DNA of 21,037 bases from an archaeon. Lineage in GTDB: Archaea; SpSt-1190; DYHY01. Below, piece by piece: positions 7,816 to 15,963 of this stretch (positions are counted from its first letter, which is position 1; each line of letters opens with the position of its first letter). The stretch spans positions 1 through 21,037 of the forward strand of contig JAZDJS010000003.1 in NCBI GenBank assembly GCA_043803745.1, read 5' to 3'. Made by a program: the position numbers and the translations under genes. A model generated the notes under the pieces. It was not told the DNA's origin. It did not search any database and saw only the letters and a program-made list of their open reading frames with translations.

Positions 7816-9064
7816 CCCAGCAGGAAGAGAATGAAGTGTAGTAATAAACAATCCGCTCTGCGGACGCCCTTATGTTGCTCCTGGGGTCCGGGGTTTCAGT
7901 CCAGTCAATGTAGCGCTCAACCTGGTCGACTCCGGCAACGTTCGCAAAGGCAACGTAATTGACAATGCATTGGCCTGCCGATTCCGCGCCGGAGAAATAA
8001 TCCGCGTTCGCCTTCAGGTTCTCGGCAAGGAGCTCAAAATCCGCGGAAGCAGTCAGGCTCGGGTCGAATCCGGTTTCAAGGAACAGGACTGCCCGCACAA
8101 GGTTCGGGTCAATCCCCGCATCCGAGGAAACCTGCTCGATTTTCTCGGTAATGGGCGTCCCGTCCGAGGCAGTCAGGACCTTCAGCCCGTCGATAAGGGT
8201 TGCTTCCTCAAGGGTGAAATGCCTCGATATTTCGGAAAGGGGGAGCTCCTCGCACCGGAGGTATTTGGTCACCTGCCTGTCCGGGTCCGAGCGGGCAATG
8301 TACGGAAGGAGGATTTCCGAATAAGACGTCCTTTCGGTTCCGAGCGGGCGGGGTTTTTCGTAGAACTTGTTTATCAGGGAAACCGCGGTCAGGTATTCCT
8401 CTTCAAGGGAATCCTCGTCGAAGCATTCCTCTGTTTTCTTGACGAAAACGTCCAGGACGCCGAAATCGTACTTCCTTATCTGGTTCCCCTCGTAAACCGC
8501 GATCGAAACCGGGAGCGCATAAGCCCCGACAGCCGCCTCGTCTCCGGCATCGGACCACATGCTTGCCGAAATTGACCTGTCATAGGTCGATTCTACGTAT
8601 TCTTCAACTTCCGTCTGGAGTGAATATGGAAGAACCTTGAACGCCCCGAAAACCCACATCAGTCCCGTGCTAGAATCCTTTACGGTGGCAGCCCAGGAAT
8701 AGCATTTCGTCCTCAGCTCGTAAGGGGTTTCCGTTTCAGTTATTCCCGAGCCTCTGCTGAATTCGGCGAGCCTGAGGAATTCGGAGAACTGCTTGTCGAG
8801 CTTCCGCGAGTCAAGGATGTTCTTGTGTATCCCCTGCTGCTGGGTTGTGTCAATGAGGAAGTCCGGGGCGCCGGTCATTCTTGTAGCAACCAGCACCGCG
8901 AACCTGTTCTGGTTGTGCTCCTCGATGATTGAGATGAACTGGGTTTGGGAGACTATCAGTCCCACCGCGATTGCAACTATCACTACGAGGAAAATCAGGG
9001 ACATGAGAAGGAATGACGGGTTCTGCGCTTTCCTCATGTGCGTTTCCATTGCAATTTCGGCCAT
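7784..9064 (-). CDS. Pilin-like protein with a C-terminal degenerate SLT-like domain
   Basis: MRKA|QNPSFLLMSLIFLVVIVAIAVGLIV leader. The C-terminal EKIEQVSSDAGIDPNLVRAVLFLETGFDPS matches the SLT N-terminal helix and catalytic-Glu motif, but no GLMQ motif follows. Confidence 0.8.
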   Translation of the reverse strand: MAEIAMETHMRKAQNPSFLLMSLIFLVVIVAIAVGLIVSQTQFISIIEEHNQNRFAVLVATRMTGAPDFLIDTTQQQGIHKNILDSRKLDKQFSEFLRLAEFSRGSGITETETPYELRTKCYSWAATVKDSSTGLMWVFGAFKVLPYSLQTEVEEYVESTYDRSISASMWSDAGDEAAVGAYALPVSIAVYEGNQIRKYDFGVLDVFVKKTEECFDEDSLEEEYLTAVSLINKFYEKPRPLGTERTSYSEILLPYIARSDPDRQVTKYLRCEELPLSEISRHFTLEEATLIDGLKVLTASDGTPITEKIEQVSSDAGIDPNLVRAVLFLETGFDPSLTASADFELLAENLKANADYFSGAESAGQCIVNYVAFANVAGVDQVERYIDWTETPDPRSNIRASAERIVYYYTSFSSCWDVEGGVGTGA

Positions 9065-9073
9065 TTTCAGAAT

Positions 9074-10321
9074 TCAGAAAGCGCAGATTGAGGGCGTCTT
9101 TGCGCTGCAGCCGGCTTCAGTGAGGCCTCCTCTCCTCAATGCAAAGCTGATTCTTTCCTTATAGCCTCCTTGCGGAAGGCTTGTGAGCGATTTCTTCAGG
9201 ACAAGGGTGTATTTCCCGCCCCTCGGTATGTGGAAGACCGCGGGTTCGATGTTCGAAACCGGAAGGTAAAACACCGCGCCGGTCCGGTCATCCGTCCGGA
9301 GGACTGCAACGAAACCGTATCTCGCGGAGCCAAGACCCCTTGACTCGAAGAAGCGGGCGAATGCGGTTCCCCTCGCAACCTCGCATGCGTTCTGCTTCTC
9401 GACAGTGTAGCGGCTCCCGTCGCCGAAAGTCATTGCGGAAAGGACAGGCCCCTCGTTTGTTGCCGTGAAAATCGGCAGCTCGAGGAACTCCGCATCCTGC
9501 AGGTTCGAGACCCAGGATTCCGGACCGCCAAGGGCATCGATGAAGCCGGTCATCCATTCTGTAAGGTCTCCGTCCCCGTCGAAATCGTATATGTCAACGC
9601 CCCCAGTCATCCCGAAGGTCCCCCCGCTATATGCGCCGAGCGCAGCCTGGAAATCCCCGCCGAAATAGTCAAGCTTCGTCTTTAGTTCCCTGGCGCCGGC
9701 GTTTATGTTTGCCTCGGGTTCCCTGTTCTCATCAATGCAGGGCACGGCCATTATCCCGCAGTATCCGGAGCCGAGGCTTTCCCCTGAAAGCAGCCCGGAA
9801 GTTGCATAGTCCGGGGCATAGTGGTTTATCCCTGACTCCAAATATGCAATTGCGAGCAGGTATGGCAGGGGGACGCCATAGTTCTCGGAAGCCGCATCGA
9901 AGAGCTCCTTGTAGGGGCCCTCGGAATAAAGCTCGAATGCCTCGTTCCCGAGTTCGCTGACCGGGCAGTATGTCCCTAGATCCGGGACCTCCCTGAGCGT
10001 CGGACCTACCTTTGTGCCCTCCTCGGTTTCGGTTCCGATTGCAATGTCGTAGCTGAAAAGCCCCGGAAGGGTTACGCAGTAAATCCCGTTCTGGGGCGCC
10101 GAGGAAACCGCAGTTACCGCGCCGGCAACCGCCCTTGAGACAATCCTTGCCTCAAGGAAATTGGATGTTGTCGCGAGGAAGGAAACCTCGTTCGCAATTC
10201 CCCAGATTGCGACAATCATTGCAATCGAGACAACGACAAGCTCAAGCATCGTTGAAGTCAGGAAAGCTTGAGCAGGCCTCCTTCTGAGAGAATTGCGCCT
10301 CCGTTTCCCAAAGCCACCCAT
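9074..10321 (-). CDS. Pilin-like protein with an internal SLT/lytic transglycosylase domain
   Basis: Basic leader RRRPA|QAFLTSTMLELVVVSIAMIVAIWG. All three SLT motif regions are present: ELFDAASENYGVPLPYLLAIAYLESG, GIMAV...PEANINAGARELK, and FGGDFQAALGAYSGG. A DFDGDGD acidic loop follows. Confidence 0.85.
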   Translation of the reverse strand: MGGFGKRRRNSLRRRPAQAFLTSTMLELVVVSIAMIVAIWGIANEVSFLATTSNFLEARIVSRAVAGAVTAVSSAPQNGIYCVTLPGLFSYDIAIGTETEEGTKVGPTLREVPDLGTYCPVSELGNEAFELYSEGPYKELFDAASENYGVPLPYLLAIAYLESGINHYAPDYATSGLLSGESLGSGYCGIMAVPCIDENREPEANINAGARELKTKLDYFGGDFQAALGAYSGGTFGMTGGVDIYDFDGDGDLTEWMTGFIDALGGPESWVSNLQDAEFLELPIFTATNEGPVLSAMTFGDGSRYTVEKQNACEVARGTAFARFFESRGLGSARYGFVAVLRTDDRTGAVFYLPVSNIEPAVFHIPRGGKYTLVLKKSLTSLPQGGYKERISFALRRGGLTEAGCSAKTPSICAF

Positions 10322-10347
10322 TTCCTGCCAATCTGACGGAAAACTAG

Positions 10348-10355
10348 TATATTAA
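10348..10355 (-). promoter_or_regulatory. Archaeal TATA box (TTAATATA) at the head of the pilin/hydrolase operon
   Basis: TTAATATA 27-34 bp upstream of ATG 10321, in the 76-bp gap after the SPFH gene. Confidence 0.55.
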
Positions 10356-10397
10356 TCTGAAGGATTCGGGCGCACAGGGAGCTGGAGAGCGGGCGTG

Positions 10398-11441
10398 TTA
10401 AGTTGACTTGCCCTCTTCCGGAGCAGCCGCCTTCGCTCCTTCCCCTCCGGAATCATCCTGTATGTCGGGCTCTCCTTCGTTCTCGACGGTCATTCCTCCG
10501 CCCACTGTGCGAAGGCCGACCGGATAAAGCGCGGCAGCCGCTGCCTTGAGCGCAGAGGCGGCGTTCGGATTCTGCGTGTCTGAAAATGCTTTCGCAAGGT
10601 CAGTGAACTGGGTGGGGAAGAATAGCTTCGTTGACTTGCCCTCGGCAATCCTCGGGAGCCCTTCCTTGATGTAAAGGTAGTTGAGGGCGTTCTGGTCGAG
10701 CTTCTTTGCGGCATCTCCGAGCGCCTCTATCATCGTCTTCTGCGCCCTCGCCTGGTATTGCGCGGCAGCCCATTCCTCCTTCGCCTTCCTTCTTGCGTGC
10801 ATTGCAAACTGGATGTTCTCCGGAATCGTGACGTTCGTTATCTGGACGTCGATTATCGTCACCCCCCACTCCGAAACAAGCGGTTCCATCTTTACCTTGA
10901 CAAGGTCGTTCACCTTCTCAAGCTCGCCGAAAAGCTCGTTGAGGGTCAGGTCGGATGCGATGTCCCGGAGCGCCCCGTAAACGAAGCCGGCCGCGGTTTT
11001 CTCGAAGGTCTTCACCTTGAGGACCGCTTTCTTCGGGTCAAGGACCTGGTAGTAGACAATCGTGTCAATTGCCGTCCGGATCTCGTCCGTCGTGATCACC
11101 TCCTGGGGCGGAAGGTCGAACGATTGGACGCGCAGGTCGATTACCTCGACAGATTCCAGGAAAGGTATCAGGAGGACCCAGCCCGGCCCGGCGACCCTGT
11201 GGAAATGCCCCATGCGGAAGACGACCGCCCGCTTGTATTCCGGGACTTCCAGGACGAATCCGGCGTTGAAGAGGAGCTGGAAAATGAAATAGACGAGGAC
11301 GAGCCCCAGCGCAACATATGCAGCAATCCTTATTTCGGGGAAGAAGTAGGCTGCAATCGCAACCATCACGAGGGCGAGCAGAGTAAGCTCGATCTTCTCA
11401 GTTACATATTCGCGGACTGTGCGGTACTTTGCCTTTGCCAT
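10398..11441 (-). CDS. SPFH/band-7 (stomatin-like) membrane protein
   Basis: Two N-terminal TM segments, then VPEYKRAVVFRMG...GPG...IPFLES...IDLRVQSFDLPPQEVITTD...YYQVLDPKKAV...LRDIA...WGVTIIDVQI. These are classic SPFH motifs. Confidence 0.93.
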   Translation of the reverse strand: MAKAKYRTVREYVTEKIELTLLALVMVAIAAYFFPEIRIAAYVALGLVLVYFIFQLLFNAGFVLEVPEYKRAVVFRMGHFHRVAGPGWVLLIPFLESVEVIDLRVQSFDLPPQEVITTDEIRTAIDTIVYYQVLDPKKAVLKVKTFEKTAAGFVYGALRDIASDLTLNELFGELEKVNDLVKVKMEPLVSEWGVTIIDVQITNVTIPENIQFAMHARRKAKEEWAAAQYQARAQKTMIEALGDAAKKLDQNALNYLYIKEGLPRIAEGKSTKLFFPTQFTDLAKAFSDTQNPNAASALKAAAAALYPVGLRTVGGGMTVENEGEPDIQDDSGGEGAKAAAPEEGKST

Positions 11442-11493
11442 TTTCCTTATCAGTTTCTCCTTTTCCGTTCTTTTTTATTATTTCGCCGTTTCC

Positions 11494-12093
11494 CTAGAGA
11501 TACTTCCTCTTTATCACGAACTCGAATCCGAGGAGGTTGAAGTAGAAGAAGTCGCGGTTGTATTTCTCGACGTTTATCCGGTTTATGCTGCTTATCAGGG
11601 TGTCGCCGAGGAACTTGCGGAAGAGGTTCATCGAAAGGTCGTATGTCCGCTCAATCCGGTCATGACCGCGCTCGAAGAAAACCATTGTCGCGATAATGTT
11701 CTTTGTCGTTATGAAGCCCATTGCCAGCTTGGTCATGTTCTCCTTGTATTCCGTCCTAAGCTCCATTGAGACCGCGTTTTCCATGTGTATTTTCTTGTCA
11801 TAGACGAACCGTATCTGGACGACTGCGACGAAAACCGAAATCTCGAAGGTTTCCGCCTGGACAAGGTCGCTTATCAGCCCCTGGTTGAATTCGCGCGTCT
11901 TGACCGATATCTGGGCGCGGTTCGGAATCTTGTAAACGATTTCAACCGGCGCCTTTGCCGCCATGTTGATTGTCTTTATTGAGCCGTTATAGAAAATTGA
12001 TAGGAGGCGTCCTATTGCGAGGAGAAGTCTCTGCTTGCCCTCGGGGCCTGTAATCGAGGTCCCAATGTTCGCTTTGTAGACTATTACGCCCAT
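11494..12093 (-). CDS. Hypothetical protein (199 aa)
   Basis: ATG start with TTAAATA (12126-12120) about 27 bp upstream. Codon usage resembles the neighbours, and it fills the gap co-directionally with SPFH. No motif recognised. Confidence 0.7.
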   Translation of the reverse strand: MGVIVYKANIGTSITGPEGKQRLLLAIGRLLSIFYNGSIKTINMAAKAPVEIVYKIPNRAQISVKTREFNQGLISDLVQAETFEISVFVAVVQIRFVYDKKIHMENAVSMELRTEYKENMTKLAMGFITTKNIIATMVFFERGHDRIERTYDLSMNLFRKFLGDTLISSINRINVEKYNRDFFYFNLLGFEFVIKRKYL

Positions 12094-12215
12094 TTTTTCC
12101 TTTTCTTTCCCCTTTCTTCTATTTAACCCCTCTTAGTTCCGCCCTCAAAAGGGCCTTCGGAGGGAAGTGCTTGTTTTTCCCCTTTCTCTTACCCTCAAAT
12201 GGTGGTTACTTCTTT

Positions 12216-13100
12216 TTAAGTTTTGCCCAATTTTTCCCCTGCAAACGGTTTTTTCGTTGACTTCGGGGAATCCCATCTCGCAAGGGAGCCCATTTTGCAA
12301 ATGGAAAAAAGGAATCCCGCCGAGAAGGAGAACGCCTCGAAAGGAACTGAAAGAATGGAGAAAAACAGCTCATCCGGACCCGAGCAGATTCCGGGCGCGG
12401 TTTCCACAAAAACCCTGAGCCGCTCAACCGGGGAAATTGTCGGGACTCTTTTTCCGGAAAAAACGAGCTGGAAATGCCCTGCTGCAATCCGCATCCTCTG
12501 GGTGAAAAGCTCCCAGACATTTTCCGGCGGGGTGAGGAAAACCGTTGCCTTGGGGGAATAAACCGTTGAGAATCCCCTGCTTTCCGAGAAAGCCTGCAGG
12601 AAAGCGTCATCGTTTATTGTTCCGTCCGGAACTATTTCCGGCGCGGCGCGGGCCTTGATTGCGAAAGCCTCGCCAGCCTTCGGCTTGCCGCGCGCGCCAA
12701 ACGCGTTGTGCATCTCCCAGTTGAGCCTGCCGAAGAATCCGCAGAAGTTTTTTCCGGAAGCGGGCATGACCTTGGCAACGGAAATCCCGACGCCCGGGTT
12801 TGCTGAACCAAGGGGCTTGAGAATTTCCCGGAAAAAATCCTTGCCAACCCAGTCATCAGCCTGAATGAAAACAACTGCATCGATGCCGCGCTCCCTTGCA
12901 TATTTGAGTATCCGGGAAACTGCGGCAGCTTTTCCGAGCCGCCCCTTCGAAGCAAGAACCGTCCGCTTCCTTTTTCTGAGAAACTCTGCCGAACCATCGG
13001 TTCCGTCAACTGCGAATACCGCGCGCCCGGGGAGGGTCGGCTCAAGAGCGCGAAGGCAGGGGAGCTCGTCATATGCGCAGACCCCGGCAATCCATTTCAT
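12216..13100 (-). CDS. Glycosyltransferase family 2 protein
   Basis: GVCAYDE, AVDGTDGS, GKAAAV, FIQADD (DxD-like), GEAFAI, INDDAFL and QRMRI (QxxRW-like). Confidence 0.85.
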   Translation of the reverse strand: MKWIAGVCAYDELPCLRALEPTLPGRAVFAVDGTDGSAEFLRKRKRTVLASKGRLGKAAAVSRILKYARERGIDAVVFIQADDWVGKDFFREILKPLGSANPGVGISVAKVMPASGKNFCGFFGRLNWEMHNAFGARGKPKAGEAFAIKARAAPEIVPDGTINDDAFLQAFSESRGFSTVYSPKATVFLTPPENVWELFTQRMRIAAGHFQLVFSGKRVPTISPVERLRVFVETAPGICSGPDELFFSILSVPFEAFSFSAGFLFSICKMGSLARWDSPKSTKKPFAGEKLGKT

Positions 13101-13129
13101 CCTGCGGTCACGCAGCCAGGACAGAGGTC

Positions 13130-13140
13130 TTTTTATTTAA
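13130..13140. promoter_or_regulatory. Shared AT-rich/TATA element between the divergent GT2 genes
   Basis: TTTTTATTTAA sits in a 59-bp gap between ATG 13100 (-) and ATG 13160 (+), and reads as a TATA-like box on both strands. Confidence 0.5.
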
Positions 13141-13159
13141 GTCCCGCTCCCCGCAGACA

Positions 13160-13846
13160 ATGATTTCGGTAATAATCCCCGCCCTTGACGAAGCCAGCTC
13201 AATTGGCGCGGTCGTTTCGGGCGCGGAGAAATCCCTGAGGAGGACGCGGCATGAGATACTCGTTGTTGACGGCGGTTCGAAGGATGGGACGGTTAATCTT
13301 GCGAAGAAGGCGGGGGCAAGGGCGATTTCCGAAAAGCGGCGGGGTTATGGGCGCGCATATCTGACTGGGATTGCCGCTTCCCGGGGGAGGCTTGTTGTCC
13401 TTATTGACGGGGACGGGACATATCCGGCGGAAAGGATTGGCGCGCTTTGCAAGCTCCTCGACAAATCCGGGGCGGATGTCCTTCTTGCCTCCCGATTTGC
13501 CCACGGGCCGGGGCGGCTTAAGCCGGGCGCAATGTCCCTACTTAACCTTCTCGGCAACCGGCTCCTGACCTACGCGACAAACCTCCTTTTCAGAACGCGC
13601 CTTTCCGATTCTCAGACCGGCTTCCGGGTCTTCCGGGCGTCCGCCCTGAAAAGACTCCCGCTGCGGAGCAGCGGAATGGAATTCGCATCGGAGCTTAACG
13701 TTCTTTCCGCAAGGGCCGGACTGAACCTGATCGAAATTCCGGTTGAGTATGGAAAGCGCAGGGGCGGAAGCAAATCCAAGCTGAATCCCTTTTCCGACGG
13801 GGCAAGGCATTTCCTGTTCCTTTTGAAATCTTTCGCTTCCGGATGA
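13160..13846 (+). CDS. Glycosyltransferase family 2, dolichol/polyprenol-phosphate glycosyltransferase (DPM1-like)
   Basis: Start reassigned to ATG 13160. Motifs: MISVIIPALDEA, EILVVDGGSKDGT, RGYGRAYLTG, IDGDGTYP, ASRF, SDSQTGFRVF, EIPVEY..R.G.SK. Confidence 0.92.
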   Translation: MISVIIPALDEASSIGAVVSGAEKSLRRTRHEILVVDGGSKDGTVNLAKKAGARAISEKRRGYGRAYLTGIAASRGRLVVLIDGDGTYPAERIGALCKLLDKSGADVLLASRFAHGPGRLKPGAMSLLNLLGNRLLTYATNLLFRTRLSDSQTGFRVFRASALKRLPLRSSGMEFASELNVLSARAGLNLIEIPVEYGKRRGGSKSKLNPFSDGARHFLFLLKSFASG

Positions 13847-13909
13847 AATCCGGCGAATCAGCCGGAAATCCGAAGAACGTTTATTAACCCCTTTTCTCGT
13901 TTTTTTCGC

Positions 13910-14242
13910 ATGGCACAGGGCGGAGGAGCAGCTGACGAGCAGCCGGGACGCGCGACACACAGCCACGACAGGGACAACAGCGGGACCATTTTCATCGGGA
14001 ACAGGCCGCCGATGAACTATGTCATGGCTGCGATAACCCAGTTCCATAACGGCAACACCGAGATAACGCTGAAGGCGCGCGGGCGGGCGATTTCCGTTGC
14101 AGTTGACGTTGCAGAAATAGTCAGGAATCGCTTCCTCCCGGACATCAAGGTCCTCGGGATAAAGATAGGGACCGAATCCGTCGAGAACGAGAAGAAGGAA
14201 AAGTTCAACGTTTCCTCGATTGAGATTGGGCTCGGAAGGTAG
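13910..14242 (+). CDS. albA: DNA/RNA-binding chromatin protein Alba
   Basis: IFIGNRPPMNYVMA...LKARGRAISVAVDVAEIVRNRFL...IKIGTE...VSSIEI is the canonical Alba signature. TTTATTAA lies at 13880-13887. Confidence 0.96.
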   Translation: MAQGGGAADEQPGRATHSHDRDNSGTIFIGNRPPMNYVMAAITQFHNGNTEITLKARGRAISVAVDVAEIVRNRFLPDIKVLGIKIGTESVENEKKEKFNVSSIEIGLGR

Positions 14243-14301
14243 GGAAGGGAAAAGCAGGGCCCAAGCCAGTTATTTTAAACGGGCTTTTGCTCCGAAACGC
14301 A

Positions 14302-15318
14302 ATGGTTCCTGACAGTTCAACAGGTCCCCTTCCAGCCGGCTGCGTCAAATGCCTGCGCGGGGAAAAGCTCGTCCTCTTCGTAACCGGAATTTGCGCGAAG
14401 AAATGCTACTATTGCTCGCTATCAAACCGGAGGAAAATGAAGGACGCTCCATTTGCGAACGAGCGGAAGGTTCACGGAAAAAAGGACCTTCTTTTGGAAG
14501 CCGAACGGATGGACGCAACCGGAGCCGGGGTTACCGGGGGAGACCCCCTTTTGAAAATCAGTAGGACTCTGAAACTTGTAAAAGCGCTAAAGAAGAAATA
14601 TGGAAAGGGCTTCCACATCCACCTCTACACAACTGGCGAACTTGGCACTCCTGAAAAATTCCGTCTCCTTCGGGAGGCGGGAGTTGACGAAATCCGCTTC
14701 CATTTCAACCGGAAGGAAATCCTTGACGCCCTGAAACTTGACTGGGTTGTCGGAGGGGAGATTCCGGCAATTCCCGGGAACTGGAGGGAAACGACCGGCT
14801 ATCTGAGATTTCTTGCGAAAGCAGGCGCAGCCTTCTGCAACCTGAACGAGCTTGACTGGTCTGAAGGGAACCTTTGGGCGTTCAAGAGGCGCGGCTTTGG
14901 GCTCAAGGCGCGCGAAAGCTATGCAGTAAAGGGAAGCGAGGAGTTTGCAAAGAAAGTGCTTGCCTGGGCAAGGAAAGCGGTCCCGAAGCTCTCGGTCCAC
15001 TATTGTTCCAGCAGGACCAAGGATGCAGTCCAGGTCAGGAAGCGGTATATCCGGACTGCCGCAAGAATCAAAAAGCCGTTCGAGAAAATTGACCGGGACG
15101 GCCTTCTTGTCAAGGGGGTTGCCGAAGGGGTGAGAAGGGTTCCCGGTCTCGGGCGCGCCCAGTTCTACAACAAGAAAAAAAGGCGGGTTGAATTCTCCCC
15201 GAAACTTGCAAAAAAGATTTCTGGGATTTTCCCAGGGAAAGTTTCAATTGTCTCGGTTGCGCCGACTTCTGAGGAGACTGAGATGGAGCGGCTGCCCTTC
15301 CGGAAAAGAAAAGAATGA
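14302..15318 (+). CDS. Radical SAM protein (archaeal, PFL-activating-enzyme-related family)
   Basis: LPAGCVKCLRGEKLVLFVTGICAKKCYYC (CxxxCxxC), ANER, GVTGGDPL, FHIHLYT, DEIRFH, EIPAIPG, NLNEL, VHYCSSRTKDAVQ. ATG 14302 is preferred, with TTTTAAA at 14273-14279. Confidence 0.9.
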   Translation: MVPDSSTGPLPAGCVKCLRGEKLVLFVTGICAKKCYYCSLSNRRKMKDAPFANERKVHGKKDLLLEAERMDATGAGVTGGDPLLKISRTLKLVKALKKKYGKGFHIHLYTTGELGTPEKFRLLREAGVDEIRFHFNRKEILDALKLDWVVGGEIPAIPGNWRETTGYLRFLAKAGAAFCNLNELDWSEGNLWAFKRRGFGLKARESYAVKGSEEFAKKVLAWARKAVPKLSVHYCSSRTKDAVQVRKRYIRTAARIKKPFEKIDRDGLLVKGVAEGVRRVPGLGRAQFYNKKKRRVEFSPKLAKKISGIFPGKVSIVSVAPTSEETEMERLPFRKRKE

Positions 15319-15372
15319 CCCCTAGTTAGTGAACTCAGGAACACTTAAAAATAGTGACTGAACTTTCTCGGG

Positions 15373-15939
15373 ATGGCAGACGCAGAACTTTTGAGGGTTT
15401 ATTTCGCGCATCCGAAACCGCTCTATCCGCAGGTTATCCCGGGAATAGAAGAAGACCTCCTCGCAGAAATAAATCGGCTCCTTCCGGAAGCGCTCGGAGT
15501 CGAGAAAATTGAAATTGAAAATCCGAGTGAACCTCAACATCAGAAAATCGTTGGTGCGCTCTTCAGCAGAAAACGCGACGGAATGGCTTACTTTACAACT
15601 TCGCTTGTGCCGAGCTGCGACGCGACTATTTATTGCGGATATCCGGAAATGGAAGGAGACCCCGCCGGCGGCTACATTGGCGCAGGCGTTGCAAAGGAAG
15701 TTCAAAGAGCTTTTGAGCTCAATCAGCCCGTCTTCGAGCTGAGATATCGGGTTGCTGGGAACGACCGCCTTGACGGCTATGCGGAACTTGTTCGGGTCAC
15801 TGAGCTTGACCCGTCCCGAAGGTTCAGCTCGGACACTGGACAGGAAATCAGACTAACTTCGGCAAGAAACAGTCACTACCGGGAAAAATACAAAAGCATC
15901 CAGCAGTCGAGCGACCTCTCTGCTGCAAGGAAGCGATAG
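15373..15939 (+). CDS. Nucleoside 2-deoxyribosyltransferase (NDT)-like fold protein
   Basis: RVYFAHP...NPS...LVPSCDATIY...IGAGVAKEVQRAFELNQPVFEL follows the NDT/N-glycosidase pattern (xYxAxP; D-h-h-h; G-x3-E-x3-A-x5-PV). Confidence 0.6.
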   Translation: MADAELLRVYFAHPKPLYPQVIPGIEEDLLAEINRLLPEALGVEKIEIENPSEPQHQKIVGALFSRKRDGMAYFTTSLVPSCDATIYCGYPEMEGDPAGGYIGAGVAKEVQRAFELNQPVFELRYRVAGNDRLDGYAELVRVTELDPSRRFSSDTGQEIRLTSARNSHYREKYKSIQQSSDLSAARKR

Positions 15940-15963
15940 ACGAAATAGAGTGAAGAACAGAAA

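Noticed and set aside
10758-11769. Long plus-strand ORFs (10758-11540, 11419-11769) and similar ones such as 7970-8575 and 17647-18303
   Set aside because: Antisense shadows of the preferred minus-strand genes in GC-rich DNA, with no motifs.
12137-12167. Twin small hairpins (GCCCT-CAAA-AGGGC, CCTTCGGAGG) as an ncRNA or terminator
   Set aside because: Too short to distinguish from chance, and no family resemblance.
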